The position numbers were made by a program, and so were the translations under genes. Of a stretch of DNA of 64,000 nucleotides, positions 1 to 9,133 are shown one piece after another (within the stretch, counting starts at the first letter, position 1; each line of letters begins with the position of its first letter). The stretch spans positions 19,548-83,547 of the forward strand of contig NZ_CACWVY010000003.1 of the NCBI RefSeq assembly GCF_902764455.1, in the 5' to 3' direction. Origin of the DNA: an uncultured Methanobrevibacter sp. Lineage in GTDB: Archaea; Methanobacteriota; Methanobacteria; Methanobacteriales; Methanobacteriaceae. The notes beneath the pieces were generated by a model. It searched no databases, had not been told where the DNA came from, and saw only the letters and a program-made list of their open reading frames with translations.

Positions 1-180
1 ATTATTCAACATATCGTTAAAATCAAGCACAGCTACTCCACCGGCCAAACTTGCCAGATTTTCAGCTCTTTCTATATCTTTATCAAAAAAATATGCAATT
101 TCAATACCATTATCTTCGGGAACCATGCTGGTTGTAATAATGTTAGCGATAGCTCCACATCCTATAATACCTACCTTCAT
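1..180 (-). CDS. nadX: L-aspartate dehydrogenase, N-terminal part (runs off window edge)
   Basis: Manual translation from ATG at 180: [43 protein letters not shown]..., a Rossmann GxGxxA start typical of archaeal aspartate dehydrogenase; nadA and nadC are also in the window. Not in the ORF track because it is truncated. Confidence 0.7.
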   Translation of the reverse strand, partial: MKVGIIGCGAIANIITTSMVPEDNGIEIAYFFDKDIERAENLASLAGGVAVLDFNDMLNN

Positions 181-250
181 AGTATCACCTAAAGTAAGTT
201 ATTAAAAAATATTAAATAAAAAAAGAATTTAAAAGATTATTTCTAATCTT

Positions 251-643
251 TTAGTCGAATTGAACTTGAGTTTCATTTTGTGGCTGAGTTTCAGGTTGTC
301 TTGGAGTTGGTGCATCAGGGATTTGAGGTTCATGGTTTATTTTTTTCATGTCCCTAGGGTTAATTAACATAATATCCCCAATAGCTTGAACTTTATCAAA
401 ATCAACTGACAATACATCATTTTGGAAGGATCTCATATCATTATCCTCCGGAGTTTCACCACGAATACTTCCTAAAAATTGATTAACAAAACCAGTAGGC
501 CTTCTTTCTTGTTCAATTGCTCTAACTTGTAATTTTGAAATAGTTCCTAATCTAATATTAAGAACAACATCTTCTACACGACCAACATAATGTCCTGTGT
601 TGGTATAAATATCTAAACTGCGTAATTTTGAAACTTCTACCAT
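251..643 (-). CDS. PRC-barrel domain protein
   Basis: SKLRSLDIYTNTGHYVGRVEDVVLN and VQAIGDIMLI are PRC-barrel signatures. Confidence 0.85.
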   Translation of the reverse strand: MVEVSKLRSLDIYTNTGHYVGRVEDVVLNIRLGTISKLQVRAIEQERRPTGFVNQFLGSIRGETPEDNDMRSFQNDVLSVDFDKVQAIGDIMLINPRDMKKINHEPQIPDAPTPRQPETQPQNETQVQFD

Positions 644-796
644 TCTTACACCACAAACAAATAATAAATTTAATAAATATGTATAAATTTATTTAATTGT
701 TAATATAAATAATTTATGTTTTTAAAAAGTTTTTATTGCAAAAATTTATTAAATTATAAAATTAAAATATTATTTAGATTAAAAGGAGACGTTAAA

Positions 797-1519
797 TTGT
801 GGGATACAACAAAAGATTATAGAATTTTAGTAGCAAGCAAAGCAAGAGAAAATTACTTGAATCTCATTCCAACAGCTTCATTTCGAGGTAGCTGGAATAA
901 AAAGCAAGCAGTCAACTTGGGAAAACAAATGAATAGTGATTTTCAATCATTGACTTATTCTTATTTGGAAGGAGATGAATTGGTAAACTCTCCCGATGTT
1001 GAAGCATTAAAACAAAAAGCTTTAAAAATTATTGAATATTTAGGTGGAGATGACTGGAATAAAAAGTTTTTAAACAATGCTCCAAAGGAAGATAGAGAAA
1101 AAACCCAGGAAAACATTGCAAAAGTGAGATTTTTCCTAGATACAATAATCGGCCTAAAAGACAGATTGGCATTAGGTCCAATCAATGACCCTATTATGGG
1201 TGTTGACATTAAAGTCGGAGAGGTAATGAGCGTTACACAACATCCGAAAAATGAAAACCTAATGCTTTGTAATGTAAATTTGGGAAAACGTGCAATCACT
1301 GTTGTTACCAACGATTTGAATGTTAAAGATGACAATAAAGTTGGAGTCTCCTTACTTCCACCACAATCATTCAGTGACATCGTCAGTGAAGGAATGTTTT
1401 TAGGAATGAACGGAAGCATCCTTAAAGATGTTGATGGGGAACTTGGCCAAATGCCTAAAGGAATCCCAATGGAATCCCTTAATGAAACCCGTAATTTAGT
1501 TGAAAATTACCTAAAATAA
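797..1519 (+). CDS. tRNA-binding (EMAP/Trbp111-like OB-fold) domain protein
   Basis: C-terminal IKVGEVMSVTQHPKNENLMLCNVNLG..VVTND..SEGMFL motif. Likely TTG start at 797 after GGAGA; the ORF-track start at 716 is AT-rich upstream sequence. Confidence 0.75.
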   Translation: MWDTTKDYRILVASKARENYLNLIPTASFRGSWNKKQAVNLGKQMNSDFQSLTYSYLEGDELVNSPDVEALKQKALKIIEYLGGDDWNKKFLNNAPKEDREKTQENIAKVRFFLDTIIGLKDRLALGPINDPIMGVDIKVGEVMSVTQHPKNENLMLCNVNLGKRAITVVTNDLNVKDDNKVGVSLLPPQSFSDIVSEGMFLGMNGSILKDVDGELGQMPKGIPMESLNETRNLVENYLK

Positions 1520-1567
1520 GTTTTTTATAAAACTTATTTTCATGTATTTTACGCGCTAAACAAAAAG

Positions 1568-1612
1568 GGCAATTCATCCTCGTCCTTAAGAAGTCAAGGC
1601 ATCCTTGCCAAA
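1568..1612. mobile_element. Degenerate IS200/IS605-end-like palindromic repeat, copy 1
   Basis: GGCAATTCATCCTCGTCCTTAAGAAGTCAAGGCATCCTTGCC: outer GGCAA/TTGCC inverted repeat and imperfect inner hairpin; similar to the copy at 31663-31705. Confidence 0.5.
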
Positions 1613-1666
1613 ATAAAGATTAAATTAGTATTGATACTTAGAGTAAAATGATATTAAGATAGAAAT

Positions 1667-3079
1667 CTATCTTAAATTCAATCCAATTAGCTTAGTTTTT
1701 GTCATCTCTTCTACAGCATATTTAATGCCTTCCTTACCAACTCCACTATTTTTAAACCCACCAAACGGCATGTTATCAGTTCTAAAAGTTGACTGTTTGT
1801 TTATAAATACTGTTCCAGCTTCAATTTCACCAACACATCTCATTGCATTTTGATAATTGTTTGTAAATACCCCTGCCTGAAGGCCGTATTCTGTATCATT
1901 AGCTACATTTATTGCTTCATCAATATTATTTACACGAATAATCGGTGCTACAGGGCCAAATGTCTCATTTATCACCAAATCCATATCTGGTGTAACATTA
2001 TCAATTACTGTAGCCTGATAAAATGCGCCATCACGAATTCCTCCAGTAAGGATTTTAGCCCCATCACTTACAGCATTACTTACAGTTTCTTCAACTTGAA
2101 TTGCCGCTTTTTCAGATATTAATGTTCCAAGAGTAGTTGATTTGTCCAACGGATTGCCCATTACCAGTTCTTCAGTTTTACTTACCAATTTATCTGCAAA
2201 TTCATCAGCAATATCATCTTCAATGATGATTCTTTTAACGCCCATGCAGACCTGGCCAGCATTTAAAAAAGCCCCATTGATTACTCCGCGTACTGCCTTA
2301 TCAATGTCTGCATCTTTCAACACCACCATAGGATCATTTCCGCCAAGTTCCAATGTAACTTTTTTCATTCCTGCTTTTTGAGATATCATCAGTCCTGTTG
2401 TAACGCTTCCAGTAAATGAAATTTTATCAACATTGGATGATGTGACTAGATAGTCTCCAACTTCAGAACCGAATCCTGTAACTGTATTTACAACACCTTC
2501 GGGAAATTCCTCATTTAACAGTTCTGCAAATTTCATAACAGTCAAGGGCGCTTCTGTTGGAGGTTTTATGATTACAGTATTTTTACATGCAATTGCAGGT
2601 GCAATTTTGTGAATTGTCAAGTTTAAAGGATAGTTAAATGGAGTAATAGCTGCAACAACGCCTAAAGGCAAACGTTGTGTAAATGCAAAAAATCCTTTTC
2701 CATTTAAACCGGCATCCAATGGGACACTTTCGCCGTAGATTCTTTTTGCCTCTTCAGCAGCCAGCTTAAGAGTTTCAATTGACCTATCAAGCTCAACTAA
2801 AGATTCATTAATCGGTTTTCCAACTTCCATAGACAATAGCCTTGCAAAATTTTCCCGATTATCCTTGAGTTTTTCAACTACATTGAACAGTTTATTTGAA
2901 ACCTTGAAAGCAGACATTTCCTGCAGACTTTCCTTTGCACTGTTTGCTTCAGTTATTGCCAAATCTGCAGTTTGTCTATGGGCAATAGGAACTGTATCAA
3001 TTATTTCACCATTATATGGATTTTTTACTTCAGCCAAATCATCACTTGAAATGTGTTTTCCTCCAATCAGCATATCCAT
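1667..3079 (-). CDS. cofA: NAD-dependent aldehyde dehydrogenase, lactaldehyde dehydrogenase type
   Basis: ITPFNYP, KISFTGS, TLELGGNDP, NAGQVC catalytic Cys, ETFGP, PFGGFKNSG; ATG at 3079 follows GGTGA RBS. Assignment to the MJ1411 type is by overall resemblance. Confidence 0.75.
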   Translation of the reverse strand: MDMLIGGKHISSDDLAEVKNPYNGEIIDTVPIAHRQTADLAITEANSAKESLQEMSAFKVSNKLFNVVEKLKDNRENFARLLSMEVGKPINESLVELDRSIETLKLAAEEAKRIYGESVPLDAGLNGKGFFAFTQRLPLGVVAAITPFNYPLNLTIHKIAPAIACKNTVIIKPPTEAPLTVMKFAELLNEEFPEGVVNTVTGFGSEVGDYLVTSSNVDKISFTGSVTTGLMISQKAGMKKVTLELGGNDPMVVLKDADIDKAVRGVINGAFLNAGQVCMGVKRIIIEDDIADEFADKLVSKTEELVMGNPLDKSTTLGTLISEKAAIQVEETVSNAVSDGAKILTGGIRDGAFYQATVIDNVTPDMDLVINETFGPVAPIIRVNNIDEAINVANDTEYGLQAGVFTNNYQNAMRCVGEIEAGTVFINKQSTFRTDNMPFGGFKNSGVGKEGIKYAVEEMTKTKLIGLNLR

Positions 3080-3130
3080 TTTTATCACCTTGATTAAGTA
3101 TTTTATACTAATACTAATAAATATTCACTT

Positions 3131-3712
3131 ATGGAAACTACAAGATTTGAAACATTTTTCGATGCAATAATTGCAATCATAATAACCGTTCTGGTTTTGA
3201 AAATTCCGCAGCCTGCAACGCCTACATTAAATGGAATTCTTGAACTAAACTATATTTATGCTGCTTATTTCCTTAGTTTTCTAATATTATATAACATCTG
3301 GTATGCAAATCATAACCTCTTTCAGGTCGTTGATACAATAGACAACAGCTGTGTGTGGATTTATGGAACAATGACCTTTGTTATTTCACTGCTACCCTAT
3401 TTTACAATTTGGCTTGCAAATCATGTTTATTCCGTCCCTGCAGAGACAATGTTCGGATTAATTTTTATCGTAACACATATTTTGAATACATTAGCCAATA
3501 GAGCAATTTACAGAAGCAACCCATATAATCAGCAGCTGCATGATTTGAATTTCAATTCCTACTATATGAACATTCCAATCATCATACTGGTTCTCGGGTT
3601 CATTTTAACATATACAGTATACGTACCCGGAATTTTCATTTGCTGCCTGATATCTGTTGTTCTATGGATTTTATTAGGCAGATTATTGAGGAGGAAAGCT
3701 TATGGAAACTGA
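3131..3712 (+). CDS. TMEM175-family potassium channel, paralog 1
   Basis: RFETFFDAIIAIIITVLVL corresponds to the RxxxFSD..AIxxT motif; about 6 hydrophobic helices. Confidence 0.85.
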   Translation: METTRFETFFDAIIAIIITVLVLKIPQPATPTLNGILELNYIYAAYFLSFLILYNIWYANHNLFQVVDTIDNSCVWIYGTMTFVISLLPYFTIWLANHVYSVPAETMFGLIFIVTHILNTLANRAIYRSNPYNQQLHDLNFNSYYMNIPIIILVLGFILTYTVYVPGIFICCLISVVLWILLGRLLRRKAYGN

Positions 3713-4271
3713 AAGATTTGAAGCATTGATTGATGCAATATTGGCAATTATAATTACCGTTATTGTTTTGGAAATACCTCTTGCAAGTCTTGGAAGCTGG
3801 GAATCACTTTATGAACTAAGATACGACTTTTTTATTTATGCAATCAGCTTTATTGTGTGCTTTAACTTCTGGAACTATAACAATAACCTATTCAATATTG
3901 TGAACAAAATTGATCCAAATGTGATTTGGACGATGGGAATCACACTGTTTGTATTTTCACTGCTTCCATACTTTACAATCTTTGTTGGTGAAAATTTCTA
4001 TCTGTTTTTCCCTCAGTTCATGTATGGATTATTGTTTTTGGTTACGGCAATTCTTTCAATGCTGATTGGAAAATTCCTAAAAGAAACAGACCCTGGAAAT
4101 ATTGCGCTGCAGCTTGCTTTAAGTAATCATTATCCATTATACTGGACAATAATTATTGTTCTGATTGGGATGGTAATAGGCTATTTCATATTTCCTCCTG
4201 CAATTATCATATGCTGTCTGATTTCAATAGTAGGAGTATGGTTCATACCCAAACTAATTAATGTAATTTAG
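3702..4271 (+). CDS. TMEM175-family potassium channel, paralog 2
   Basis: RFEALIDAILAIIITVIVLEI; overlaps paralog 1 by 11 bp. Confidence 0.85.
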   Translation: METERFEALIDAILAIIITVIVLEIPLASLGSWESLYELRYDFFIYAISFIVCFNFWNYNNNLFNIVNKIDPNVIWTMGITLFVFSLLPYFTIFVGENFYLFFPQFMYGLLFLVTAILSMLIGKFLKETDPGNIALQLALSNHYPLYWTIIIVLIGMVIGYFIFPPAIIICCLISIVGVWFIPKLINVI

Positions 4272-4276
4272 ATGTG

Positions 4277-4314
4277 CATTTCAAGTGTAACAACTTGAAA
4301 TGGCAAATTTTTTT
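4277..4314 (+). terminator. Hairpin plus T-tract after the TMEM175 pair
   Basis: Perfect 10-bp inverted repeat CATTTCAAGT-N6-ACTTGAAATG followed by a T run. Confidence 0.55.
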
Positions 4315-4736
4315 AAATGAAGTGAAATATTTTCTTTTTTTATATTTTAATCGAGTTATTACAATTATTTTAAATTCCGATAATTCAATCCTGAAAAAAC
4401 ATCACCACATTTTTTTAATTTAAAAACATGAGGAAAATATCGAGTTACTGCTTGGAAAAATAATTACAATAACTATCATAAAAACCATTAAATCAATTAA
4501 ATAAAAATAAATTAGAGTCAAATGCAAAACAAAAAGTAGATAAATAATTATAATAAATATAATGATTTTTCAGATATTTTAGTCAATCTTCAAAGATATT
4601 TTGCCTGTGAAAAAATTAAATGATAGGACAGTATTTCTAGAAAAAAATTCAATTCAAGAAAAAGCTTTTAAACACTTAAAAAAAAAGATTAAAACAAAAA
4701 TTACAGAAATGAAAAAAAATAAAAAAAGAAGGTAGA

Positions 4737-5447
4737 TTATACGTCTGAGTATAATAAACCCATAGCTCTACTGCTGAAGAAAGTAATGTAAACCCCAATA
4801 ATGCCTGTGAAAATACCTCCAACAGTAGAATTCCAGTTAGAAAGAACACCTCCAATGAAATATAAAACAAAAGCTATTACAAAAACAATTACAAGGAATA
4901 AAATTAATTGTACAATTCCAACTTTTGAAATATCCCCTATTGCCTCACCAATATCTAAAGCATAACCTAAATCATGGGTTTTAGCTAGTCTGCAGTTCCC
5001 CATAAATGCTGCTAAACCAAATACAATAAATAATACCAAAGTTAATATTACAGATAACCAGTGCTGGAAGATTACAGCCAAAATAGCAGCAATAATAAGA
5101 GGGATAATAAAGTAGACAATGTTTACTACAAATACTTTTATACCATTGATAAATTGATTTACAATGTCAATTCCTGGTGCATCATTGTTTCTTTCAATAC
5201 CAAATGTGATAATATCCAATTCATAACCTGTAATGATAAAACCAATTACAAAAGCAATGATAATTCCAATAATTCCTGATCCTATAACTGCTAATGCATT
5301 ATTAGCTAAAGCACCTGCCATTACTGCACCAAGAGTACCAGCAATAGCTATTCCTAAAATTATACCTAAGATTAAATATAACACTAATGCTTTAAGATTA
5401 TTAAATGGATAAACCAAAGCATCGCTAAATATATCGCTTATTTCCAT
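4737..5447 (-). CDS. DUF4013-like membrane protein
   Basis: MEISDIFSDALVYPF start, GYELDII, AAFMGNCRLAKT..LGYAL; ATG at 5447 after GGTGA. Confidence 0.7.
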   Translation of the reverse strand: MEISDIFSDALVYPFNNLKALVLYLILGIILGIAIAGTLGAVMAGALANNALAVIGSGIIGIIIAFVIGFIITGYELDIITFGIERNNDAPGIDIVNQFINGIKVFVVNIVYFIIPLIIAAILAVIFQHWLSVILTLVLFIVFGLAAFMGNCRLAKTHDLGYALDIGEAIGDISKVGIVQLILFLVIVFVIAFVLYFIGGVLSNWNSTVGGIFTGIIGVYITFFSSRAMGLLYSDV

Positions 5448-5624
5448 TTTGTTCACCTTTTATTTAATTTAAAAAAACTCATTAAATGAGATTATTATAT
5501 AACTTTATTGGCAGACATATTTAAATTTGATTAAAAAAATGAAAAAAATTTAATACTGTTAAAAAAAATCTAAAACAAAAATAACTATTTAACTTACATT
5601 GACAAAATATTATATATTGATTAT

Positions 5625-6683
5625 ATGGAGAAAAAATCAATGGGAAAAAATAGAGTTGAGTGGATTGATCTTGTACGTGCAATAGCTATTTTAACTGTAT
5701 TGTACATTCACGCTACCGATGGAATTTATATTATCTCATCTGATGCTATACTGAATTATACAATATACTCCAGAATATTTAATTTTGCTTCACTGTTTAT
5801 TGGTCGTATAGGAGTTCCATTCTTTTTAATGATTACAGGATATCTGCTGCTTGACAGATCTTATGATAATGATCGTGTCCGTAAGTTTTGGGAAAAGAAC
5901 TGTAGAGGATTAATCATTGTCACTGTTATCTGGGCAATAATATATGCCCTTAGTCTGCAATATATTAGTTTTGGATATGAGCAGGTTAATTTCAGCGAAG
6001 CCGGAAACCTATTTTTTAGCCATATGTGGTATATGCCAATGATTATTGGAATGTATCTTTCAATGCCTTTTGTTGCAAGTGCACTTAAACATTTTGATGA
6101 TAAAATCATTTGGCAAGCAACAGTCATATTTACACTTTTAGCATTTCTGCTTCCGTTTATTACAACCGTATTAGATATGCACGGCATTAAAAATGTAAAT
6201 ATCCAATATTGTCTCGGATTCAGTGGAGGAATTTACGGAATTTATATAATTCTTGGATATCTGGTTAAAAAAGGACAATTTAAAAATATTAAAAGTTCAT
6301 TATTAGGATTGCTTGCATTCATATCATTCCTGATATGTGTTTTATTCCAGTATTATGCATTTATAAAAGGCTACGACTTTTTCCTATGGTATGAATTCCC
6401 ATTCATCCTAACAGGATCATTTGCATTATTTGAATTATGTTCAAGAGTGGGAAAAGTAAGAGCATATCCATTTGTTTCCTTCCTGGCCAAATATTCATTT
6501 GCAGTGTTTTTAGTGCACAACATATTCAGATTGCCTTTACTTCCAGTAATTGTTGATTTGCCATTCACAGAACCTGTAAAAGCCATAATTCTTTGGATTT
6601 TATTAATAATACTGAGTTACATTGCAGTAGTGATAATTTATAGAATCCCGAAATTTGGAAAATTTATATTGTACATGAGATAA
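5625..6683 (+). CDS. Acyltransferase-3 (OafA-like) membrane O-acyltransferase
   Basis: WIDLVRAIAILTVLYIH, VPFFLMITGYLL, HMWYMPM, SFAVFLVH motifs; about 10 TM helices. Confidence 0.9.
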   Translation: MEKKSMGKNRVEWIDLVRAIAILTVLYIHATDGIYIISSDAILNYTIYSRIFNFASLFIGRIGVPFFLMITGYLLLDRSYDNDRVRKFWEKNCRGLIIVTVIWAIIYALSLQYISFGYEQVNFSEAGNLFFSHMWYMPMIIGMYLSMPFVASALKHFDDKIIWQATVIFTLLAFLLPFITTVLDMHGIKNVNIQYCLGFSGGIYGIYIILGYLVKKGQFKNIKSSLLGLLAFISFLICVLFQYYAFIKGYDFFLWYEFPFILTGSFALFELCSRVGKVRAYPFVSFLAKYSFAVFLVHNIFRLPLLPVIVDLPFTEPVKAIILWILLIILSYIAVVIIYRIPKFGKFILYMR

Positions 6684-6765
6684 TTATCAAATTATCTCCT
6701 TATTTCTTTAAAAACTTATTTTTAAACTCATTAACATCTTATAAAAAAAGAACATGTTAAAGGAA

Positions 6766-6891
6766 CTAGCCTTTAACTTTTAAAGTTGTTTTAACAGTAT
6801 TTTTAGGATAGATAACCTGTACAGTATAGGTTTTGCCTTTTTTAAGTTTTTGAATAACATAATATATTGAACCACCATCATGCAGAAGAGA
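6766..6891 (-). pseudogene. Possible remnant of an adhesin-like protein C-terminus
   Basis: ATG-less open frame ...IQKLKKGKTYTVQVIYPKNTVKTTLKVKG* resembles the Lys/Thr-rich beta-strand C-termini of Methanobrevibacter adhesin-like proteins. Confidence 0.35.
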
Positions 6892-6959
6892 TTAACAGAA
6901 ACATCATAATATTTTTTTAGAGACATTACTGATTGTTATTGGCATAATTTCTAATTTAC

Positions 6960-7145
6960 TTATTTAAAATATGTTCCCAGTACATTTAACTGATTTTTAA
7001 ACTCATTAACTTCTTTTGAATTAATTTGTCCACTTAAATCACCAATATATCGATTATACATATAAATAGCCAGCAATACAACCACAATTATTCCTCCAAA
7101 AAGCAATATGAATTCGGCAGATGCCTGTCCTTTACTGTCCATCAA
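6960..7145 (-). CDS. Class III signal peptide (pilin-like) small protein
   Basis: MMDSKG|QASAEFILL followed by a hydrophobic helix: the archaeal prepilin cleavage motif. Overlaps the upstream gene by 4 bp (ATGA). Confidence 0.8.
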   Translation of the reverse strand: MMDSKGQASAEFILLFGGIIVVVLLAIYMYNRYIGDLSGQINSKEVNEFKNQLNVLGTYFK

Positions 7146-8068
7146 AATCCCCCCATAAGCAAACTTCCCCCAAATGTTGAAATAAAATAGAATATTCCAA
7201 AAGATGAGGCAACTAATGGTATAGAAAACTTAAATCCTTTTTTAATATCTCCATACATAATGAGACTGACAATAAAACTCACCAAAAGTGAGTGAATTAT
7301 TAAGTAAACCTCCCCAGCAATTGGAGCCGTCATAATAATTTCGGATTCCATCCCATAGTTTTGCATAAATTCCGAATAAACGCCAACCATACCAACAGCA
7401 AATGGGGTTGCAATTATCGCTGAAATTAACAGAAACATTACAGACATCATAACTGCAGATTTTCTCTCACGTTTAAGAGCCATCAAATCCCGTAAATCAT
7501 CTGAAACATCAGACAATACTGTTGAAATACTGGATCCAGATTTACGCCCATCAAGAATAATTCCGAAAATTCTTTCCAATTCCCTGGATTTCAAGCGTTT
7601 AGACATTGCTCTCCAGGCATCATCAAAATTACGACCCATACGAATCTCAATGATTGTCCTCCTCATTTCATCGTAGAGCGGACCTTCACCATACTGTGAC
7701 ATGTCTTCCATTGCGTTTTCAAAACTGAGTCCGACCTGAAGCATACTTGAAAGCTGTCTTAAAAAGTCCGGGGCCGTTCGTTCTATTTCCTGTGCCCTCT
7801 TTTCCTGTTGAACCACAACATATGTGAAAAGACCAGGAACTACAAAAAATGGTAAAATCAATACAGATACCTGCAGTGCAAAAATTGTAACTGTTAATGC
7901 CAAAACAATTTCAGCTACTAAAATGAAAATTATTATAATAGCTAAAACTTTACTCGCTTCTGTAAAAATGGCTCCACTTAATAAAAATTCCTGGAATTTA
8001 GATAAATACTTTTCAGAAACAATATTGTCAATAACTGACGCCAAATCATTTATTATTTTAAATTTCAT
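7142..8068 (-). CDS. Type II secretion/type IV pilus platform protein (TadC/T2SSF family)
   Basis: PDFLRQLSSMLQVGLSFENA..GPLYDEMRR..IRMG..FDDAW T2SSF signature. Confidence 0.9.
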   Translation of the reverse strand: MKFKIINDLASVIDNIVSEKYLSKFQEFLLSGAIFTEASKVLAIIIIFILVAEIVLALTVTIFALQVSVLILPFFVVPGLFTYVVVQQEKRAQEIERTAPDFLRQLSSMLQVGLSFENAMEDMSQYGEGPLYDEMRRTIIEIRMGRNFDDAWRAMSKRLKSRELERIFGIILDGRKSGSSISTVLSDVSDDLRDLMALKRERKSAVMMSVMFLLISAIIATPFAVGMVGVYSEFMQNYGMESEIIMTAPIAGEVYLIIHSLLVSFIVSLIMYGDIKKGFKFSIPLVASSFGIFYFISTFGGSLLMGGF

Positions 8069-8251
8069 AAATTAATATAGAATATTATAACATATAAATG
8101 AATGGTTTTGGTTTAAATCAATTTTAAAATGTGAAAACAATTTTGATTTTGCAGTAAACAAAATTACACCTGCAATACAATGCATTAAAATATTAAGTTA
8201 CACAGACAATTAAGAAATATTATCTATGGTTCCTGATTTAAAAATTAGGAT

Positions 8252-9010
8252 TCAACTAAATGATTTTTTTTCTTTAATTTCCCTATAAATCACACCAATA
8301 CCCCAGTATTGAGTTACAAAAACTAATACCATCCAAAAAACATCCCATATATAATTTATAATATCAATTTCAAAATAGAGAGCTGTGAAATATGAAAAAA
8401 TAACTATTGCTAAAATGATTAAAGTAAAGTCTTTTACATAATGCTTCCATCCAAGCAAATCTATATCTCTTTTTATACCCTTCAGATTAAAAGCAGATTT
8501 GACATCACCTGTATCAGCAAGTCTGGCCAGTGCGATTTCCATGAAAAATGTAGTAATATAAAATACAATTGCACCTAGAACAATAAATATAAATGCATCT
8601 GCAGGACTATGTGAAAAAAATAACTTAATTGTTTCTGGAAGTTGCAATAACAAATCCTCCAAATCAAACTCAGGAAAATTTAGCGGATTAGATATGACCC
8701 CTAAAATTATTGCCTGAACAAAAAAATAAATAAGATAAACAATAATTGATTTGATTCCCAAAACTACAACATTTTTAATCATTATTTTAGGTAATCTGAT
8801 ACCTCCATTTATCACATCACGAGTAATTGTCAATCCATAACCTAATACCATACAATTAATTAAAAAAATAAATAAATATATTACTATATTTTTCGAAGAT
8901 GCATATTGCTGAAGAGCATTCCATACACAAAATAATAATAGAATAACAAAAAAGAATGCTTTATCATATGTGCAATAATCCCATACTTTTTTCATTTTAA
9001 ACAGTGGCAT
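8252..9010 (-). CDS. DUF4013-like membrane protein
   Basis: GYGLTITRDVINGGIRLP and IALARLADTGDVKSAF patterns; multiple TM segments. Confidence 0.65.
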   Translation of the reverse strand: MPLFKMKKVWDYCTYDKAFFFVILLLFCVWNALQQYASSKNIVIYLFIFLINCMVLGYGLTITRDVINGGIRLPKIMIKNVVVLGIKSIIVYLIYFFVQAIILGVISNPLNFPEFDLEDLLLQLPETIKLFFSHSPADAFIFIVLGAIVFYITTFFMEIALARLADTGDVKSAFNLKGIKRDIDLLGWKHYVKDFTLIILAIVIFSYFTALYFEIDIINYIWDVFWMVLVFVTQYWGIGVIYREIKEKKSFS

Positions 9011-9133
9011 GAATACTCCTCAATATTAATATTTAAGAAAAATTACAAATAAAGTTAACGATATTAAATATGATTTAATTTTGTCAATGCTATTCAGATA
9101 GTATTCAACCATCTCAATTGAATTAAACAATAA

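Noticed and set aside
1667-3079. Lactaldehyde dehydrogenase as supplier of a hydroxy acid to NRPS module 1
   Set aside because: It is 20 kb away and has an established core role in methanogen cofactor biosynthesis; nothing in the sequence links them.
5599-5624. Bacterial sigma70 promoter (TTGACA) before the acyltransferase as a sign of recent transfer
   Set aside because: One hexamer in very AT-rich DNA is expected by chance; an archaeal TTATATA element is present at the same place.
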